The notes beneath the pieces are model-generated. The model saw only the letters and a program-made list of their open reading frames with translations, ran no database searches and was not told the DNA's origin. A stretch of DNA of 64,000 nt from Collinsella sp. (GTDB taxonomy: Bacteria > Actinomycetota > Coriobacteriia > Coriobacteriales > Coriobacteriaceae), in the NCBI GenBank assembly GCA_048326155.1, contig DBFEQD010000002.1:13080-77079 (forward strand), read 5' to 3'. The translations under genes were made by a program, and so were the position numbers. Shown here in pieces: positions 18,601-27,845 of the stretch. Numbering within the stretch: position 1 is the first letter of the stretch; each line of letters opens with the position of its first letter.

Positions 18601-20066
18601 GCATCGAGCTCGGCGCGCCCGAGAATATCAACGGCAAAATGGTGGTGCCCGTTGCATACGAGACCGCAGGCGGTTGTGGCTGTGCATCGTACGCCGTGAT
18701 CGGCCAGTCCATTGCGGGCTGGGGCGTTATGTCGCCAGATGCCACAGTACCCCACGCGGTGCCGTGGCCGCAGCACACGGGCTTTTTGGCTACCGTCAAC
18801 GAGCAACTGCAGCATATTACTTGGACGCGAGGCGCATCGGTATTTGCAACGCAGCCCGTGGGTGCCGCAGGCTGCGGCCCGGCATCGTTCAGCGTAAGCA
18901 ACAACGGCAGGTGCGTGCTCTATGTAGAGAACACCGATGGCAAGGTGGGACAAACCTACGACGAAGAAGGCAACCCGGTAGCAGTGATGGGCAAGCACTT
19001 CCGCATCTTCGCCAGCACCTTGGCAGGCGATCTGTTTACGGAGCCGTTCGTGATGTGCGAGCTAGACCATCCCGTCGATCAGATAACGACATTTTTAACG
19101 TCGGGAGGCATGCTCTCCGCGCTCGCCACGCACATTGTGAGCGCGGAGAAGAGCGAGGCAGAGCTGCACGGCATCGAAGTGCCCTTGGTGGCGTGTGCCA
19201 CTCCGACGGGCGCAGTCGCTACCTCGGGCGCGGTGGTGCCCGGAGCAGCAGGCGAATCCTTCATGGTCACGGTGCGAAACGACGGCAACACCTTGCTGAC
19301 CGCCGGCACGATCGATCTGTACCGAGAGGGCTCCAGTCAGCCGTTCTCCAGCGCATCCATCGGGTTCGGAGTGAACGCACGCATGGCATCGATCTACGAT
19401 CCAGAGCTTGCCGAGGACGCTTCGGCCAACGACATGACACACATGAAGTACACGCTCGAGACGCTGGGCGCACATTTTGCAACGCACCCGCTGGTAGCCG
19501 ACAGTGGCAACGCCGTGCTGGCACCGGGTTGCACGGCACAGTTCCGCATGAGCTTCGCCATCCCCGAGAGTTGGAGCGACGAGGTGGGCAAACGCGTAAC
19601 GCTATATGCGAAGGCGCGTAAGCTGGTGGCGCTCGATCCCGTAACGCTCGAGGAAATTCGACCGGGCGCAAACTCGGCGCTGGGTGCCGTACTGCACGAG
19701 CTTCATGTGCCCGACGCGGCATGCGAACGCTCAGAAGTTCAGGTCGGCGTATGCGACAGCGCTGATACGACAGGACTTCACGACGCCCCGATGACGGTCG
19801 ACGGCGATGGCGGCGCGAGTGGCGGCGGCACTGACGAGGGCGGCGGCTCCGGCGGAAGCAGCTCCGGCAGTGGCAAGGACCACGGCACTAACAAGCGCTC
19901 CGGAAAAGCGGGCGCGCTTGCGGGCACGGGCGATGTCAACGCTCCCCTTACGGCAGCCGCTGCTGCACTCGCCGCGGCAGGCGCCGGCCTCATCGCCTAC
20001 AGCGCCCGCCGCACGGCGCTCGAAAAAGACACCGCCGATGAGGTCAATTCTGATAAGCCTCACTAG
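15699..20066 (+). CDS. Large surface protein with twin-arginine signal and sortase-type anchor
   Basis: MLDRRSLL...AEAYA signal peptide; Gly/Ser linker, LAGTGD, hydrophobic stretch, RR tail. Confidence 0.75.
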   Translation: MLDRRSLLVAGASSLASIMLPRVPGSANAFILPFAPAEAYADEDNPFKVLVLSRTMFGVVVVDVANKNTPITGAQVTLISRYAAGKQLTATTDDEGTAIFEVAPLSEGYVDEATLLDAYDFNGGISISMAGYRDVEIPLARILGGTAITAPTRPLSDGEPYFRQLTFDEWDIQYADATFMAMPADEAANDQPDTHAFTVQAHLPQGGQATLRINKVTHAAGSSPETVTQIGQIKASASGANNLATFTLEDKFLDAASSLLEEGCKLRFVLDYQGKTYTLSSPMAVVTAPAAKAESGSTTIVPTTMDQEITPFDFPAAFPGIGGNKFTCWMPTFPILFDFSFAGYVLFGGGYKPASYMNDSGNPDPEYWKKSPRESGAKQANRYLDEMEGKWNQYKSMSAGSGTDPRNTKLLRHHCTPLFTMDIATQLYGSLAYDWVGKTWGNNNDPAYGNIKALFQVRTDLNWTEQFTLGPVPFFLNVNPWVLAKLALAVGAHTHGSGAAFFKNISLDYSNTSGSFTIQIGLAVTFGAGVAGVASSAVRGAASLTLFIGYEKANGHQLPRLRVGADVDVDVILQFVMFKWTTKAWSGSWPTLIDSWNMSVNNGDQYVLQRSELALDGDTPYTLDACFGSAGNAEAGGVPQFIASATIVTNAELLARAEVKATVVNAAPVVRDWDQAVTRIELEADAESDDTGQIEHFVHALIENDENAAPMYEYTYIGQATNTVADPNADSAGVSEDERGGIKPSSDNVLFAGVLSEAHMKLAMIAGVECLFRIASVRYGDNGRSRLVVHTKANGTWSAPTPVDFPLGFGEGDVERDSIYDYDFDVVEYTDGRGNQDAYVLLVSGERPAGDDTLFDMASTAGILSVVRLRISNDGVRVVSHTSWRSISRGRLQEDGYHCLQCPRITVGKTLVNGRLSGAYLHRRGTTAEKALGSEAEVALECFTLWSDVSGDSLTFRQVLRFPQAPSSIELGAPENINGKMVVPVAYETAGGCGCASYAVIGQSIAGWGVMSPDATVPHAVPWPQHTGFLATVNEQLQHITWTRGASVFATQPVGAAGCGPASFSVSNNGRCVLYVENTDGKVGQTYDEEGNPVAVMGKHFRIFASTLAGDLFTEPFVMCELDHPVDQITTFLTSGGMLSALATHIVSAEKSEAELHGIEVPLVACATPTGAVATSGAVVPGAAGESFMVTVRNDGNTLLTAGTIDLYREGSSQPFSSASIGFGVNARMASIYDPELAEDASANDMTHMKYTLETLGAHFATHPLVADSGNAVLAPGCTAQFRMSFAIPESWSDEVGKRVTLYAKARKLVALDPVTLEEIRPGANSALGAVLHELHVPDAACERSEVQVGVCDSADTTGLHDAPMTVDGDGGASGGGTDEGGGSGGSSSGSGKDHGTNKRSGKAGALAGTGDVNAPLTAAAAALAAAGAGLIAYSARRTALEKDTADEVNSDKPH

Positions 20067-20458
20067 CTCTCAGTTACCTTTGCGAGAGACGCCGACTCGG
20101 CTCATCGACCATCAAAATGGGCTGGTTCTGGATACCCAGAGCCAGCCCATTACGCATTAGATATCGTCAGAGGAGTCGAGTTCTGCCTCGAGCTTGGCAC
20201 ACCGTCTTTTCGCCAACAATCCGCACGACACGTCTTCGACAGCGTATCCAACCGCAAACGCAGCAAGACACATTCGGCCGTCTTCAAACTTACTCGGACA
20301 GAGCCGACTCGGTTTTGTCCAAGTAAACGAATCTCCATCGAACTCCGAACGATTGTTCGATGGATTTCGTGTTGGTTGGAATCGCCTATGGGCTGGGCTA
20401 TGCTACCTTGACTATCTATATGACTTAAACGCAGCAAAGGAGTACCGAGAGAGCGAGT

Positions 20459-22456
20459 ATGGCAAAAAACACCGCAAACTATGGTAACGACAGTATCCGC
20501 CAGCTCAAGGACGAGGAGCGCGTACGCCTGCGTCCCGCCGTCATCTTTGGCTCGGACGGACTCGATGGCTGCGCGCATGCCGCCTTCGAGATTCTGTCCA
20601 ACGCCGTTGACGAGGCGCGCCAGGGCTACGGCAAGCTCATCACCCTTACCGCCTTTCGCGATGGTTCCATTCAGGTAGAGGACAACGGCCGCGGCTGTCC
20701 GCTCGACTGGAACCCCTCCGAGAAGCGCTTTAACTGGGAACTCGTCTTTTGCGAGCTCTACGCCGGCGGCAAATACAACAATAACCAGGGCGGCGACTAC
20801 GACTTCTCGCTCGGCACCAACGGCCTGGGCTCATGCGCAACCCAGTACGCCTCCGAATACATGGACGTCACGGTTTGGCGCGACGGCAACAAGTACTCCC
20901 TGCACTTTAAGAAGGGCAAGGTCGTCGGTGCCAAAAAGAAGGCACTCGAGATTGAGCCCAGCGACGAGGATCGCACCGGCACCACCATCAAGTGGCGTCC
21001 CGATCTTGAGGTCTTTACCTCCATCAGCATCCCCCACGATTGGTATCGCGAGACAATGCGCCGCCAGGCCGTGGTCAACGCCAACGTGACCTTCCGCCTG
21101 CGTATCGAGGGCGACGATGGCGAGTTTTCCGAAGAGGATTTTTGCTATCCCAAGGGCATCGAGGACTACGTGCTCGAGAAGGTCGGTACCGACTACCTCA
21201 CCGAGCCCTTCTTTATCGAGGCCGACCGTCGCGGTCGCGATCGCGAGGACCTGCCCGACTACAACGTGAAGATTACCGCGTGCATGTGCTTCTCGCGCAC
21301 CTTCATGATGCAGGAGTACTACCACAACTCATCGTGGCTCGAGAACGGCGGCTCGCCCGAGAAGGCGGCCCGTAGCGCTCTGACCAGCGCCATCGATGCC
21401 TACATTAAGCAACAGGGCAAATACAACAAAAACGAAAGCGGCATTAAGTGGCAGGACGTCCAGGACTGTCTGGTGCTGGTGACCAACTGCTTCTCCACCC
21501 AGACGTCCTACGAAAACCAGACCAAGAAGGCCATCAATAACCGCTTTATCCAGCAGGCCATGACGGCCTTCTTTAAGGAGCGCCTCTCGACCTACTTGAT
21601 CGAGAACAAGGACGCCGCCAATAAGATCATGGAGCAGGTGCTCATCAACAAGCGCTCGCGCGAGAACGCCGAGAAGACGCGCCAGAGCATCAAGACCAAC
21701 CTGCAGCAGAAGACCGACATGGCCAACCGCGTGCAGAAGTTCATCGACTGCCGCTCCAAGGACAAGAGCCGCCGCGAGATCTACATCGTAGAGGGCGACT
21801 CGGCAGCAGGCGCCATTCGCACCTCGCGCGATGCCGAGTTCCAGGGCGTTATGCCCGTCCGCGGCAAGATCCTCAACTGCCTAAAGGAGGACTATCCGCG
21901 CATCTTTAAGTCCGACATCATCATGGACCTCATGCGCGTGCTGGGCTGCGGCGTGGAGATCAAGGACAAGCGCATCAAAAACCTCGGTGCCTTTGACCTC
22001 GACAACCTCAACTGGAACAAGGTCATCATCTGTACGGACGCCGACGTCGACGGTTATCACATCCGCACGCTCGTGCTCACCATGCTCTATCGCCTGGTGC
22101 CCACGCTTATCGACGAAGGCTACGTGTATATCGCCGAGTCGCCGCTCTACGAGATCAACTGCAAAGAAAAGACCTACTTTGCCTACACCGAGCTCGAGAA
22201 GAACGGCATCCTCAAAGAGATTGGCGACCAGAAGTGCTCTATCAACCGCTCCAAGGGTCTTGGTGAGAACGATCCGGACATGATGTGGCTCACCACCATG
22301 AACCCCGAGACGCGTCGTCTGATCAAGGTGGAACCCGAGGACGTCACCAAGATGGAGACCATGTTCAACCTGTTGCTGGGCAACGACGAGGCGGGCCGCA
22401 AGCGCCATATCTCCGAGCACGGCAAGGAATATCTGGACCAGCTGGACCTGCAATAG
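20459..22456 (+). CDS. Type IIA DNA topoisomerase subunit B (GyrB/ParE family, Topo IV-like)
   Basis: EILSNAVDE, DNGRG, EGDSA, PVRGKILN, DADVDG, KGLGE. Confidence 0.92.
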   Translation: MAKNTANYGNDSIRQLKDEERVRLRPAVIFGSDGLDGCAHAAFEILSNAVDEARQGYGKLITLTAFRDGSIQVEDNGRGCPLDWNPSEKRFNWELVFCELYAGGKYNNNQGGDYDFSLGTNGLGSCATQYASEYMDVTVWRDGNKYSLHFKKGKVVGAKKKALEIEPSDEDRTGTTIKWRPDLEVFTSISIPHDWYRETMRRQAVVNANVTFRLRIEGDDGEFSEEDFCYPKGIEDYVLEKVGTDYLTEPFFIEADRRGRDREDLPDYNVKITACMCFSRTFMMQEYYHNSSWLENGGSPEKAARSALTSAIDAYIKQQGKYNKNESGIKWQDVQDCLVLVTNCFSTQTSYENQTKKAINNRFIQQAMTAFFKERLSTYLIENKDAANKIMEQVLINKRSRENAEKTRQSIKTNLQQKTDMANRVQKFIDCRSKDKSRREIYIVEGDSAAGAIRTSRDAEFQGVMPVRGKILNCLKEDYPRIFKSDIIMDLMRVLGCGVEIKDKRIKNLGAFDLDNLNWNKVIICTDADVDGYHIRTLVLTMLYRLVPTLIDEGYVYIAESPLYEINCKEKTYFAYTELEKNGILKEIGDQKCSINRSKGLGENDPDMMWLTTMNPETRRLIKVEPEDVTKMETMFNLLLGNDEAGRKRHISEHGKEYLDQLDLQ

Positions 22457-22500
22457 CAGCAAATCGATAACGACGGCCATAAGAAGTTCAAGAGGAAATC

Positions 22501-24741
22501 GTGGCAAAGAAGAAGACGAAAACCCAGCCAAAGAAAAAGCAGGTCAACGCCGAGAACGTCATCGGCCTGCACTCCGAGGTCACCGACCAGCCGATCACGC
22601 AGACGCTCGAGGTCAACTACATGCCCTACGCCATGAGCGTCAACGTCTCGCGTGCGTTCCCCGAAATCGACGGCTTTAAGCCCTCGCACCGCAAGCTGCT
22701 CTACACCATGTACAAGATGGGCCTGCTCAAGGGCGAGCGCCAGAAGAGCGCCAACATCGTGGGCCAGACTATGAAGCTCAATCCACACGGCGATGCCGCG
22801 ATCTACGAGACGATGGTGCGCCTGGCCACCGGCAACGAGGCACTGCTCGCCCCCTTTGTGGAGTCGAAGGGCAACTTTGGCAAGTACTATTCGGGCGACC
22901 TGAGCTACGCCGCCTCGCGTTATACCGAGGCCAAGCTCTCCCCCATCAGCGCCGAGATCTTCAAGGACATCGACAAGGACCCGGTCGACTTCGTTGACAG
23001 CTACGACGGCGCCATGAAGGAGCCGCGCCTGCTGCCCACCACGTTCCCCAATATTCTGGTTTCGGCCAACAAAGGCATCGGCGTCGCCATGGCATCCGAT
23101 ATCTGCGGCTTCAACCTCAACGAGGTCTGTACTGCCACGATGCATTACCTCAAGGATCCCGACTGCGACCTGCTCGAGTATATGCCCATGCCCGACTTCT
23201 CGACCGGCGGCGAGATTATCTACCGCCGCGAGGAGATGGAGAAGATCGTCGAGACCGGCCTTGGCAGCTTCCAGATCCGCTCCCGCTGGCGCTGGATTCC
23301 CGAAGAGCGCATCATCGAGGTCTACGAGATTCCCTACACCACCAAGACCGATGTCATCATCGAGCGCATCGTCAAGCTCTCCAAGGAGGGCAAGGTCAAG
23401 GAGATCGCCGACATCCGCGACGAGACCGACCTCTCGGGCCTGCGCATCGCTATCGACCTTAAGCGCGGTGTCGACCCCGACAAGCTCATGGCCAAGCTCT
23501 ATCGCTCGACCACGCTGCAGGATTCGTTCTCGTGCAACTTCAACGTGCTCGTCGACGGCTACCCTCGCGTTATGGGCGTGCGCCAGATTCTGCACGAATG
23601 GGTCAAGTGGCGTATTGAGTCCACGCGTCGCCGCATTAACTTTGACCTGGGCAAAAAGTCCGAGCGCCTGCACCTGCTGCACGGCCTCGAGGCGATTTTG
23701 CTCGACATCGACAAGGCCATCGCCATCATCCGCGGCACCAAGCTCGAAGCCGAGGTCGTGCCCAACCTTATGAAGGGTTTCGACATCGACGAGACCCAGG
23801 CCGAGTTTGTTGCCGAGCTTAAGCTCCGCAACATCAACGAGGAGTACATCCTCAACCGCACCAAGGACATCGCTAAGCTTGAGGGCGAGATTGCCGAGCT
23901 TGAGGAGATCCTCTCCAGCGAGGAGAACATCAAGAAGGTCATCAGCGACGAGCTGGCCGCGGTCAACAAGAAGTACGTGATGCCGCGCCGCACGGGCAGG
24001 ATCGAGCCCCATGAGGTTATCGAAGTAAGCTTGGAGCCCGAGGTCGAGAAGTACCCGGTCACCATCATGCTCTCGCGCGATGGCTACCTTAAGAAGATGA
24101 CGGACCGCGTACTCAAAAAGGCGACCACGCTCAAGTACAAGGACGGCGACAAACCCTTTATCGAGTTCCCGTCCTCCAACACGCACGAGCTGCTCGTGTT
24201 TACCAACAAGAGCCAGGTGTACAAGTGCAAGGTTGCGGCATTTGAGGACACCAAGTCGGCCCAGCTGGGCTCGTACCTGCCGACCGATCTTGAGATGGAA
24301 CCCGACGAGAGTGTCATCTGGGTCATCGACCCCGAGGACTACAAGGCCGACGTGTTGTTCGTCTTTGAGAACGGCCGCGTGGTGCGCGTCGCGCTTTCTG
24401 GATACGTCACCAAGACCAACCGCAAACGCCTGAAGAACGCCATCTACGGTGGCAGCAAGCTGCTGTATGCCCAGGTGCTCAACACAGATCGTGACATCGC
24501 GCTGGTCTCGAGCGACTATCGTTTGATGAACTTCAACACGTCGCTGCTCAAGACCAAGACGACCACCAACACGCAGGGCGTCCAGGCCTTTACGGCCAAG
24601 AAGGGCCGCTCGGTCACCACCGTCGGCACGACCGAGGAGATTCTTGGCGCCGGCGTCTCGGCCGAGAAGTTCACCGCGCAGAGCCTGCCTTCTGCCGGTG
24701 CCCTCATGAAGGAAAACGACATGCCGAGCCTGTTTGACTAG
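22501..24741 (+). CDS. Type IIA DNA topoisomerase subunit A (GyrA/ParC family, Topo IV-like)
   Basis: DGFKPSHR, PHGDAAIYE, catalytic ASRYTE; no GyrA-box and a short C-terminal domain. Confidence 0.92.
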   Translation: MAKKKTKTQPKKKQVNAENVIGLHSEVTDQPITQTLEVNYMPYAMSVNVSRAFPEIDGFKPSHRKLLYTMYKMGLLKGERQKSANIVGQTMKLNPHGDAAIYETMVRLATGNEALLAPFVESKGNFGKYYSGDLSYAASRYTEAKLSPISAEIFKDIDKDPVDFVDSYDGAMKEPRLLPTTFPNILVSANKGIGVAMASDICGFNLNEVCTATMHYLKDPDCDLLEYMPMPDFSTGGEIIYRREEMEKIVETGLGSFQIRSRWRWIPEERIIEVYEIPYTTKTDVIIERIVKLSKEGKVKEIADIRDETDLSGLRIAIDLKRGVDPDKLMAKLYRSTTLQDSFSCNFNVLVDGYPRVMGVRQILHEWVKWRIESTRRRINFDLGKKSERLHLLHGLEAILLDIDKAIAIIRGTKLEAEVVPNLMKGFDIDETQAEFVAELKLRNINEEYILNRTKDIAKLEGEIAELEEILSSEENIKKVISDELAAVNKKYVMPRRTGRIEPHEVIEVSLEPEVEKYPVTIMLSRDGYLKKMTDRVLKKATTLKYKDGDKPFIEFPSSNTHELLVFTNKSQVYKCKVAAFEDTKSAQLGSYLPTDLEMEPDESVIWVIDPEDYKADVLFVFENGRVVRVALSGYVTKTNRKRLKNAIYGGSKLLYAQVLNTDRDIALVSSDYRLMNFNTSLLKTKTTTNTQGVQAFTAKKGRSVTTVGTTEEILGAGVSAEKFTAQSLPSAGALMKENDMPSLFD

Positions 24742-24778
24742 GTACCACGGCAACGAGATCGTTAGATACTTCGCAAAG

Positions 24779-24830
24779 CGACGAGGCCCGGAACGCAACG
24801 GCATTGCGCCCGGGACTCGTCGTTTTTCTT
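24779..24830 (+). terminator. Intrinsic terminator after the topoisomerase operon
   Basis: CGACGAG-GCCCGG...CCCGGG-ACTCGTCG hairpin followed by TTTTTCTT. Confidence 0.6.
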
Positions 24831-24924
24831 CTCAACTATTTTTTAACGCAGATAAATTGATTTCTGCTTATTTTTCTGCGTAAAAAATGTCAGCGTCACT
24901 GCTTCGATGCCCTTTGGTCAGTCG

Positions 24925-24980
24925 TTAGCAAAACTTGCAAAAGTTAGCAAAACTTGCAAAAATTAGCAAAACTTGCAAAG
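24925..24980 (+). repeat. Three 19-bp tandem repeats abutting the RBS
   Basis: TTAGCAAAACTTGCAAA(AG/AA/G) at 24925, 24944 and 24963. Confidence 0.9.
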
Positions 24981-24988
24981 GAGCTACC

Positions 24989-26083
24989 ATGGAGTACAGC
25001 AAGAACCCCTTTACCCCGACGTTCGGAAGCGTCCCTCCCTTTCTAGCGGGTCGCGAGCATATCCTGCGTGACATCAACCGTGGCTTTATCAACGGCCCGG
25101 GAGATCCCAACCTGTCGACCATTTTTACTGGCGCAAGGGGAACGGGCAAGACGGCGCTTCTCTCGCTCCTTTCAGAAACGGCGCTTGAACACGGCTGGAT
25201 CGCAGCAAATGTCTCCGCCATGCCAGGCATGCTCGAAGATATTATCGAGCGAACCAAAGAAGCCGCAGATAGCTACCTCTCACAGCCTCACGCGCGCATA
25301 AACGGTGTTCAAATTGGCCCAGTGGGCATCGATTGGACATATGCTCAAGAGGCTCAGGGCAACTGGCGCACGCGCATGAATGGCATCTTTAAGCAACTCG
25401 AAAAACATGACATCGGACTTCTCATCACCATCGATGAGGTCACCGTCGATCTCGAAGAAATGCTTCAATTTGCCTCTGTTTACCAGCACTTTGTACGCGA
25501 AGGTAAAAAAGTTGCCCTACTCATGGCAGGACTGCCCTACAAAGTATCGGCGTTGCTGCGTAACGATTCCGTCTCGTTCCTCAGGCGTTCCCAATATCAT
25601 CAGTTGGGACGAATCACTGACGTTGAAATTGCAAACGCATTCCGCAAAACCGTTGAGGCCGGAGGCCGCTCAATCACGCCAGAAGCGCTCGAGGATGCCG
25701 TGAAGGCCGTCGACGGATTTCCCTATATGATGCAGCTCGTCGGATATCGCACATGGGATGTTTCGGAGAACTCGCCCAAAATCAGTGCACCTGATGTACA
25801 GCAGGGTTCTCTGCTTGCCCGCATGGAGCTGCGCGATCGAATTCTCGAAACGACCTATCGGGAGCTTTCCGATAAAGACATTGAGTTTTTGCTCGCGATG
25901 CTGCCCGATTCTGGCCCCAGCAGGGTCTCGGAGATAGCCAAACGCATGGGCGTCGCCAGCAACTATGCAAGCCAATACAAACGCCGCCTCCTGGAGGACG
26001 GCGTCATTGGAGAGCGCGGGCGTGGTCTCGTTGGCTTTGACATTCCCGCGTTCAGGGAATTCTTGAACGAGAAGGCGTTTTAG
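24989..26083 (+). CDS. AAA+ ATP-binding protein with C-terminal winged helix
   Basis: NPFTPTFG...LAGRE, GARGTGKT, ITIDE, GFPYMMQLVG, C-terminal HTH. Confidence 0.85.
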   Translation: MEYSKNPFTPTFGSVPPFLAGREHILRDINRGFINGPGDPNLSTIFTGARGTGKTALLSLLSETALEHGWIAANVSAMPGMLEDIIERTKEAADSYLSQPHARINGVQIGPVGIDWTYAQEAQGNWRTRMNGIFKQLEKHDIGLLITIDEVTVDLEEMLQFASVYQHFVREGKKVALLMAGLPYKVSALLRNDSVSFLRRSQYHQLGRITDVEIANAFRKTVEAGGRSITPEALEDAVKAVDGFPYMMQLVGYRTWDVSENSPKISAPDVQQGSLLARMELRDRILETTYRELSDKDIEFLLAMLPDSGPSRVSEIAKRMGVASNYASQYKRRLLEDGVIGERGRGLVGFDIPAFREFLNEKAF

Positions 26084-26192
26084 CACGCCGGAATTGTCCG
26101 CGGAAGCATCAACGCATGGCAATCAGCATTCCTCTTGGTAAGGATAGCAAACATTTTCCACCAACACCGATTGCCATGCGTTCTTCTTGCCC

Positions 26193-26723
26193 TTAGGCGA
26201 GCTTGCGAGCGAGCTCTCGCACCTCTTCCAACTTGGGCGACGATGCCATGCTATCGCGCTCGGTCATACCGCTGATGGTGATAATGCCTTGGTCCTCCCA
26301 CTTGCAGTACGCGCAGGTTGACTTGTACATAGCGATCGCCGCATCATAGACGCCCTCGCTGTGGCTATCGAGCAGAAGGGCCGTCTTGGTGAACGGGAAG
26401 CCTGTAGTACCGAAGGCGTACAGGCGGTCGATGGCGGCCTTCTCCTGCGCAGTGATATCAAACCAGTAGATAGGCGAAGCGAAGACAACCATGTCGGCGC
26501 CTTTCAGCGACTCGATCACGTCGGCCATGTCATCCTTCTGCACACAGGTGCCCTCATGGGCGAAGCAGTACTGGCATCCCAGACAACCAGCAATCTTTTT
26601 GCCGGCAACGCGGACGACCTCGACCGTATGGCCGACCTCGCGCGCGGTCTCGGCAAACACCTCGACCATGGTGTCGGTATTGGCGCCCTTGCGCGGGCTA
26701 CCGCTCAATACAACGATATTCAT
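26193..26723 (-). CDS. Flavodoxin-family (iron-sulfur flavoprotein / FMN reductase) protein
   Basis: GSPRKGANT, CLGCQYC...C, FASPIYW. Confidence 0.88.
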   Translation of the reverse strand: MNIVVLSGSPRKGANTDTMVEVFAETAREVGHTVEVVRVAGKKIAGCLGCQYCFAHEGTCVQKDDMADVIESLKGADMVVFASPIYWFDITAQEKAAIDRLYAFGTTGFPFTKTALLLDSHSEGVYDAAIAMYKSTCAYCKWEDQGIITISGMTERDSMASSPKLEEVRELARKLA

Positions 26724-26871
26724 AAGAATCTCCCTCCTTCATGCCGCAGGCGCGCGGCATATTAGTTTGTTTTAACCTAAACGTATGGAGTTATTCAATC
26801 GCCTCGTTTCAGCTACTCCCACTCTTTAGAAGAATCGTTGCTGAAGACTTGGCATTAAATCAAGGCACGCC

Positions 26872-27843
26872 TTATTTCAGATATTCCTCAAAGAATGCCT
26901 TCAGCTTTCCAAACGGAATGATGTCCATCTGATCGTAAAGGTCGGTGTGGCTGGCACCAGGGATAATGAGCAGTTCCTTGTTGTCCCCCGTCAGCTTGCC
27001 GTACGCGGTTTCGCTGAAATAGCGGGAGTGCGCCTTCTCGCCATGCACCAGCAACACAGCAGAGCGGATTTCGCTGCTGTATTGCAAAATCGGCATATTC
27101 AAAAATGACAGCGAAGACGTCGCATTCCAGCCACCGTTGGAGTTCAGGCTGCGGGGATGATAGCCTCGCGGAGTTTTGTAGTAGGCATAATAGTCCGCTA
27201 CAAACTGCGGCGCATCCTCCGATAGCGGATCGACCACGCCGCCCGCCAGCGCATAGCTGCTGTTTTTATAGTCCTCGGTACGCTGCGCGTTCAGCGCTTT
27301 CCGCTTTTCAAAGCGCGCCTGCTTGGAATCCTCGGCGTCAATATAGCCGTTTGCGGTCACGCGGGTCATATCGTACATGGTCATAGCCGCGGTAGCTTTG
27401 ATACGGGTGTCGATGGCTGCCGCATTGACTGCCATGCCGCCCCAACCGCAGATACCGATGATACCGATACGCTCCGGGTCAACGCTTTCCTGCACAGAGA
27501 GGAAATCCACCGCTGCGCAAAAGTCCTCGGTGTTGATGTCCGGCGATGCTACATAGCGGGGCGTGCCGCCGCTCTCGCCGGTATAGGACGGGTCAAAGGC
27601 AATTGCGAAAAATCCCAGCTCCGCCATCTTCTGCGCGTACAGACCGGAGGACTGCTCTTTCACCGCGCCAAACGGGCCGCTGACGGCGATGGCGGGCAGC
27701 TTGCCTTCCGCGTTCTTAGGCACGTACACGTCGGCAGCCAGCGTGATGCCGTATCGGTTGTGGAAGGTCGCCTTGCTGTGCTCAACCTTGTCGCTTTTGG
27801 GGAATACCTTGTCCCATTCCTGCGTCAGTTTCAACTGCTCCAT
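26872..27843 (-). CDS. Alpha/beta hydrolase
   Basis: GPFGAVKEQ, GESGG, nucleophile elbow GICGWGG, ASHTDLYD. Confidence 0.88.
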   Translation of the reverse strand: MEQLKLTQEWDKVFPKSDKVEHSKATFHNRYGITLAADVYVPKNAEGKLPAIAVSGPFGAVKEQSSGLYAQKMAELGFFAIAFDPSYTGESGGTPRYVASPDINTEDFCAAVDFLSVQESVDPERIGIIGICGWGGMAVNAAAIDTRIKATAAMTMYDMTRVTANGYIDAEDSKQARFEKRKALNAQRTEDYKNSSYALAGGVVDPLSEDAPQFVADYYAYYKTPRGYHPRSLNSNGGWNATSSLSFLNMPILQYSSEIRSAVLLVHGEKAHSRYFSETAYGKLTGDNKELLIIPGASHTDLYDQMDIIPFGKLKAFFEEYLK

Positions 27844-27845
27844 GC

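Noticed and set aside
22183..24804. Long antisense or alternate-frame ORFs (873 aa here; also 44383-46230, 50231-52276, 52965-55349, 55045-57525, 62229-63815)
   Set aside because: Shadow ORFs caused by high GC3 of real genes on the other strand; no motifs or RBS.
26111..26182. 14-bp inverted repeat as a mobile-element end
   Set aside because: It lies between convergent genes and is more simply a bidirectional terminator-like hairpin.
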